Positions 60,530 to 64,000 of a stretch of DNA of 64,000 nucleotides are shown in pieces (the stretch's first letter is position 1; every line of letters starts with the position of its first letter). The notes beneath the pieces are model-generated. The model saw only the letters and a program-made list of their open reading frames with translations. It did not search any database and was not told the origin of the DNA. Source of the DNA: Endomicrobiales bacterium (GTDB taxonomy: Bacteria > Elusimicrobiota > Endomicrobiia > Endomicrobiales > CAWCFT01); assembly GCA_963794945.1 (NCBI GenBank), contig CAWCFT010000017.1, forward strand, positions 55,303 through 119,302, in the 5' to 3' direction. Both the position numbers and the translations under genes were made by a program.

Positions 60530-61069
60530 TCATTTTGTAATCCGGAACAGGCACTTATCGGTTTTAATTTTGTTCATCATAAGATTCGACGGTTCAGCCA
60601 CGAAAAACACCGGGTGCTGGCCCGGCCCGGGAACCGTCACTTCGCAGTGAACAGTGTTTTTTAGCACCGTAAAGAACATCGTCTCGGACCTGTTGAACTC
60701 AAGTTTTAGGGCGGCGAGATCTTTGGTCTCAAGTTTTTCTTCCTTCAGCGCATTAAGGAACGCGGCCTGTTTTAAGAGGCTTACAACAAGAAAAAGCGGT
60801 TTGTACTTTTTTGCGCCCGGGTTAAGAAGAATTATGTCCTCATTGTCCGGATGGTGGCTGAACTCTATCTTGGTGTTCCGTTTGCCCACACCCAGGAGGC
60901 AGTGGCCGCCGAAGCGATTTGCGCTCTTGTAATGTACATCAACGGCACCGGTCTTTGTGCGCGTTTTTAAAACTTTCGCGGTCGGCCGTAAAACCCTTAT
61001 CAACCCCTTTCTTTCGAGGAGATGGAAACCAGAAGATGTTTTCAGAGTTTTTATATTTATTTTTTTCAT
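60530..61069 (-). CDS. Hypothetical protein (possible cupin-like fold)
   Basis: 179-aa ORF; SHHPDNED...TVHCEVT could be metal ligands; no family recognised. Confidence 0.6.
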   Translation of the reverse strand: MKKINIKTLKTSSGFHLLERKGLIRVLRPTAKVLKTRTKTGAVDVHYKSANRFGGHCLLGVGKRNTKIEFSHHPDNEDIILLNPGAKKYKPLFLVVSLLKQAAFLNALKEEKLETKDLAALKLEFNRSETMFFTVLKNTVHCEVTVPGPGQHPVFFVAEPSNLMMNKIKTDKCLFRITK

Positions 61070-61091
61070 TGTTGTTGGCCGTTGCCGTTAT

Positions 61092-61157
61092 TGTAGCAGC
61101 AGAGCTTGCTCTGCCGATGTTAATTTAAACAACCGCGAAGCAAGCTTCGCAGCTACA
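61092..61157. repeat. REPIN-like doublet of inverted GTAG-type REP palindromes
   Basis: TGTAGCAGCAGAGCTTGCTCTGCCG...CCGCGAAGCAAGCTTCGCAGCTACA. Confidence 0.75.
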
Positions 61158-61164
61158 AATACAT

Positions 61165-62041
61165 TTACATGCTAATGTTGTGCTGCGCTTCGCAGGCGGT
61201 GACCGTGTTCTTCATGAGCATCGTTATGGTCATCGCACCCACGCCGCCTGGGACCGGCGTAATATAGCTCGCTATATCTTTTACGCCGTCGAAATCCACA
61301 TCGCCGCAGAGGCCGTCTTTTGTCCTGTTTATGCCTATGTCTATTATCGCCGCGCCGGGCTTAACGAAATCCCTTTTGATCATCTTGGGTATGCCTATGG
61401 CAGCCACAAGTATGTCGGCCGTGCGGGCAAACCTCTGCGAGGTCTTTTGTTTTGGAGTGGGCTATCGTTACCGTCGCGTTGTTTGCGAGCAGCATCATAG
61501 CAACAGGCTTTCCGGCCAGGTTTGATCGGCCCACCACGACGGCATTCTTGCCCGCTATGGGTATGCCGTACTTCTGCAGAAGAAGTATCGAGCCGTACGG
61601 CGTGCAGGACATAAGAAGTTTTTTATTTAGCAGCTCGTCCCAAGTTTTCGCACCGCATAGTTCGCCTATGTTGTACGGATGCAGGCCATCGACGTCTTTT
61701 TTGGGAGATATCGTCTCGAGCGCTTTTTCCGACGGGATACCCTTTGGGAGCGGCAGCTGGAGAAGTATGCCGCTCACCTGCGGGCTCGTGTTGAGCATCT
61801 GTATAAGCTCGATTATCTCGCTCTCTTTCGCCGTGGCGGTGAGCTTGTGGTGGAACGATTTTACTCCGAGCTCATTGCAGGCCTTTATCTTGCTCGCGAC
61901 ATAGACGTTGCTCGCGGGGTCTTCTCCGACAAGTATCGTAGCAAGCCCAGGCACTATGCCGCGCTTGCCCAGCTCCATTATGCGTATCTTAAGCTCGGTC
62001 CTAAGTTCCGCCGAGGCCTTTTTCCCGTCTATTATTTGCAT
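61165..62041 (-). CDS. folD: Bifunctional methylene-THF dehydrogenase/cyclohydrolase (frameshift ~61425)
   Basis: [53 protein letters not shown]. Confidence 0.95.
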
Positions 62042-62086
62042 ATTGTATCTCCCTGTTATTGTGTGCCGAAATTATGCTCTGTTATT

Positions 62087-62160
62087 TGTCATTTCGATCC
62101 CGCCACGGCGGGAGAGAAATCCTAGATCCCTCATCCCGCTTTGCGGTATTCGGGATGACA
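62087..62160. repeat. Palindromic intergenic element, copy 3
   Basis: TGTCATTTCGA-TCCCGCCACGGCGGGA-GAGAAATCCTAGATCCCTC...TCGGGATGACA. Confidence 0.8.
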
Positions 62161-62168
62161 GCAATAGC

Positions 62169-63233
62169 TCAAATTATTTTCACGTGGTTCGTAAATATCC
62201 ACGGCTTGTAGCTGAAAAATATTTTCTGGTGTACTTCCACCCTGTACACGCCGGGCCTCGAAACGTTGTACTGCAGGCGCCTGCCGTCGCTTTCCGCGAT
62301 CACTTTCCCGTCGCAGATAAGGCGCATCCGGCCGTTTATGGGTATCTTTATTTCCGCTATCGCTGGCCCGCCGGAGAGTTTGAGCTCTTGCCCGCTTGAA
62401 ACGGAGGCTTCCTCGTTGTATATCTTGAACTCAAAACCTTTAGAACTGTGCCAGCGCTCCTGTGCTACGTACATCCTGGCCTGCTTTATCGCGCTCTGTA
62501 TCTGGTTTACGGCGCCCTCTTTTATGCCGCTCAAGGGCTCGTCCAACAATATGTGGGTCCTTATCGTCTTAAAAGCGTAGTCGAAAGGAAATATCCAAAA
62601 ATTCATCCCGAACATTATCTTCTTTGTGTTGTGGTTGTCCACCTCGCCGTAACCGGCGGCCTTACCGCTTTTGTTGAGCTCGTCCCAGCGGTTAAGCGTT
62701 ACTTCTTTCGGCCCCGAAAGCGAGAGAGAAGGGAAGAGGTACGCAAGCACCGCCGCGGGAACCGATGTCAGCTTCTCCTGCCAGTTGGTCATAAGGTCCC
62801 AAACGCTCACACCCGCGTAACCTTTAACGGCCCAGTCTTTCCAGGGGTAATCCTTGACACCGAACGCCTTTGTGCCCGTATGGTCCGGGTGCGCTATAAG
62901 CCCGAACCCGCCCTGCGCGTTTACCGCGTCTATGTATTCCTGCGGGCGGGACTTCTTTTGCCAGGCTATGACTGGCTTGGTTATACCAAGCGCCAGGTAG
63001 TGGCTGTACCGCGGCGATATCTCTTCGCCCACAAGAACGAAGACACCGTCATGCCAGCCTTCCCACCCGTCGGTTTTGGCGTCGAGCCTAAAGTGGTCAG
63101 TTACAACTATGAAGTTAAGTTTGGCGCGCCGGGCCACCGCGACAACATCTTTGATACTGGTGTTGCCGTCGTAAGAATAATCCGTATGGATGTGGATGGC
63201 GCCGGCGTAGTCGAACATTTTAACCCCACACAC
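62169..63233 (-). CDS. PHP-domain metal-dependent phosphoesterase
   Basis: HIHTDYSYDG, VTDH, GEEIS, AHP, DNH; start probably MFDY (~63218). Confidence 0.85.
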   Translation of the reverse strand: MCGVKMFDYAGAIHIHTDYSYDGNTSIKDVVAVARRAKLNFIVVTDHFRLDAKTDGWEGWHDGVFVLVGEEISPRYSHYLALGITKPVIAWQKKSRPQEYIDAVNAQGGFGLIAHPDHTGTKAFGVKDYPWKDWAVKGYAGVSVWDLMTNWQEKLTSVPAAVLAYLFPSLSLSGPKEVTLNRWDELNKSGKAAGYGEVDNHNTKKIMFGMNFWIFPFDYAFKTIRTHILLDEPLSGIKEGAVNQIQSAIKQARMYVAQERWHSSKGFEFKIYNEEASVSSGQELKLSGGPAIAEIKIPINGRMRLICDGKVIAESDGRRLQYNVSRPGVYRVEVHQKIFFSYKPWIFTNHVKII

Positions 63234-63310
63234 AAGCTGTAAGCTATAAGTTGTAAGTTATAAGCCGTCAAAGACTTTAGGTTTTACTTACAGCTTAAAA
63301 CTTATAGCTT
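63234..63310. repeat. Inverted heptamer tandem repeats ((AAGYYRT)5 ... complementary tract)
   Basis: AAGCTGT AAGCTAT AAGTTGT AAGTTAT AAGCCGT then ACTTAC AGCTTAA AACTTAT AGCTT. Confidence 0.7.
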
Positions 63311-64000
63311 AAATCTGTCGTATATTGTATCTTTTCATTCCGTGTTCCAGTATATCAACAATTATGCTCTGGTGGGTCCTGCCGGTTGCCTCGGCCACGA
63401 GGGGGAAAACGTCGATGGAACCTAAGTGGGGAAGCGGGTTGCACTCGAGGAAATACGGCACGCCTTTGCGGTCTACCCTTATGTCTATGCGGCCCAGGTC
63501 CCTGCAGCCTATCGCCTTGTAAGATTTTAGCGCGAGGTCTTCTATTTCCTTTATAAGCGCTTTCGGCGCTTTCGCGGGGCAGATGTACTTTATCTCGTCG
63601 TTGTCCGTGCTTGCCCTAGTGTGCGTGTAAAACTCGTCGCCGAGGTCGGCCTTTCCCTTTAGAGATATCTGCACAGGCGGCAGGACTTCCGGCGTTTCGT
63701 TGCCTATCACCGCCACGGTGAACTCCTGCCCATTTATGAACTCTTCAACAAGCGCCGGCTGGTTATATTTTTTTACAATGTCGAGCATTCTTATCTTTAC
63801 GCCGTCTATGTCCGTGGCGACCGAGTCCGAAGAAATGCCTTTGGACGTCCCCTCCTGGCTCGGTTTAACTATCACAGGGAATTTCAGCTTAAAATCTTCG
63901 AGGTTTTCCGGCGTGGAGGCCTCTACAAATCGCGGGGTAGAGAGCCCGTGGTAGGCGAGTATCATCTTTGCTACGGCTTTGTCGAGAGTAATGCCCATCG
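63309..64000 (-). CDS. D-Ala-D-Ala ligase-family ATP-grasp protein (5' end outside the window)
   Basis: LDKAVAK, FPVIVKPSQEGTSKGI, LVEEFINGQEFTV, RIDIR, LECNPLP. Confidence 0.85.
   Translation of the reverse strand, partial: MGITLDKAVAKMILAYHGLSTPRFVEASTPENLEDFKLKFPVIVKPSQEGTSKGISSDSVATDIDGVKIRMLDIVKKYNQPALVEEFINGQEFTVAVIGNETPEVLPPVQISLKGKADLGDEFYTHTRASTDNDEIKYICPAKAPKALIKEIEDLALKSYKAIGCRDLGRIDIRVDRKGVPYFLECNPLPHLGSIDVFPLVAEATGRTHQSIIVDILEHGMKRYNIRQI

Noticed and set aside
60279..60554. 91-aa ORF between the two hypothetical genes
   Set aside because: It is made largely of the palindromic repeat element and has no protein-like features.
2015..62041. Mass pseudogenisation or programmed frameshifting in ~11 split genes
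   Set aside because: Each has a single indel with intact motifs on both sides, no slippery heptamer was noticed, and housekeeping folD is affected; sequencing error is more likely.
6822..63954. Numerous long plus-strand ORFs in the ORF track (e.g. 8584-9438, 17383-18069, 62448-63242) and minus-strand ORFs inside metH
   Set aside because: They are antisense shadows of well-supported genes, with no motifs or SD support.

Overview
Chromosomal DNA from a diderm (Gram-negative-type) bacterium, since it encodes TolC-family channels and a porin; almost all genes lie on the minus strand. The taxon cannot be called from the sequence alone. (1) 1-~36,100 looks like the end of a large genomic island inserted at the anticodon loop of tRNA-Glu(CUC). 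Only the 5' half of that tRNA remains (36107-36146), followed by arm-site-like repeats; no integrase or 3' half was found in the window. The island carries an AbiEi/AbiEii toxin-antitoxin pair and a ~26-kb co-oriented glycogen-to-acetate gene run (rpiB, tal, pgm, PPi-pfk, glgP, glgX, malQ, HAD, ackA, BON, PRC-barrel, xfp, class I fba, ppk2, pgi, P3A H+-ATPase). It also carries an ABC-2 pair and a tripartite ABC exporter. Two of its transcription units share a near-identical promoter with a TACC-N2-GGTA site. (2) 36,130-36,500 is a small GIY-YIG nuclease cassette that has duplicated the tRNA 5' end and carries REP-like palindromes; related palindromes occur at several other intergenic sites. 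(3) 36,550-64,000 is backbone-like: YbhB, a Czc/Cus-type RND system, HTH-DUF1232, a pseudo-phosphatase, a porin, a TPR protein, rmuC, a split metH, AraC/GyrI proteins, a nitroreductase, a ParB-like protein, a dienelactone hydrolase, folD, a PHP protein and an ATP-grasp ligase. About a dozen genes, including folD, carry single frameshifts, many at GCNGC motifs; these are most likely long-read assembly errors. No CRISPR array or rRNA was seen. Family assignments come from motif recognition by eye, not database searches.
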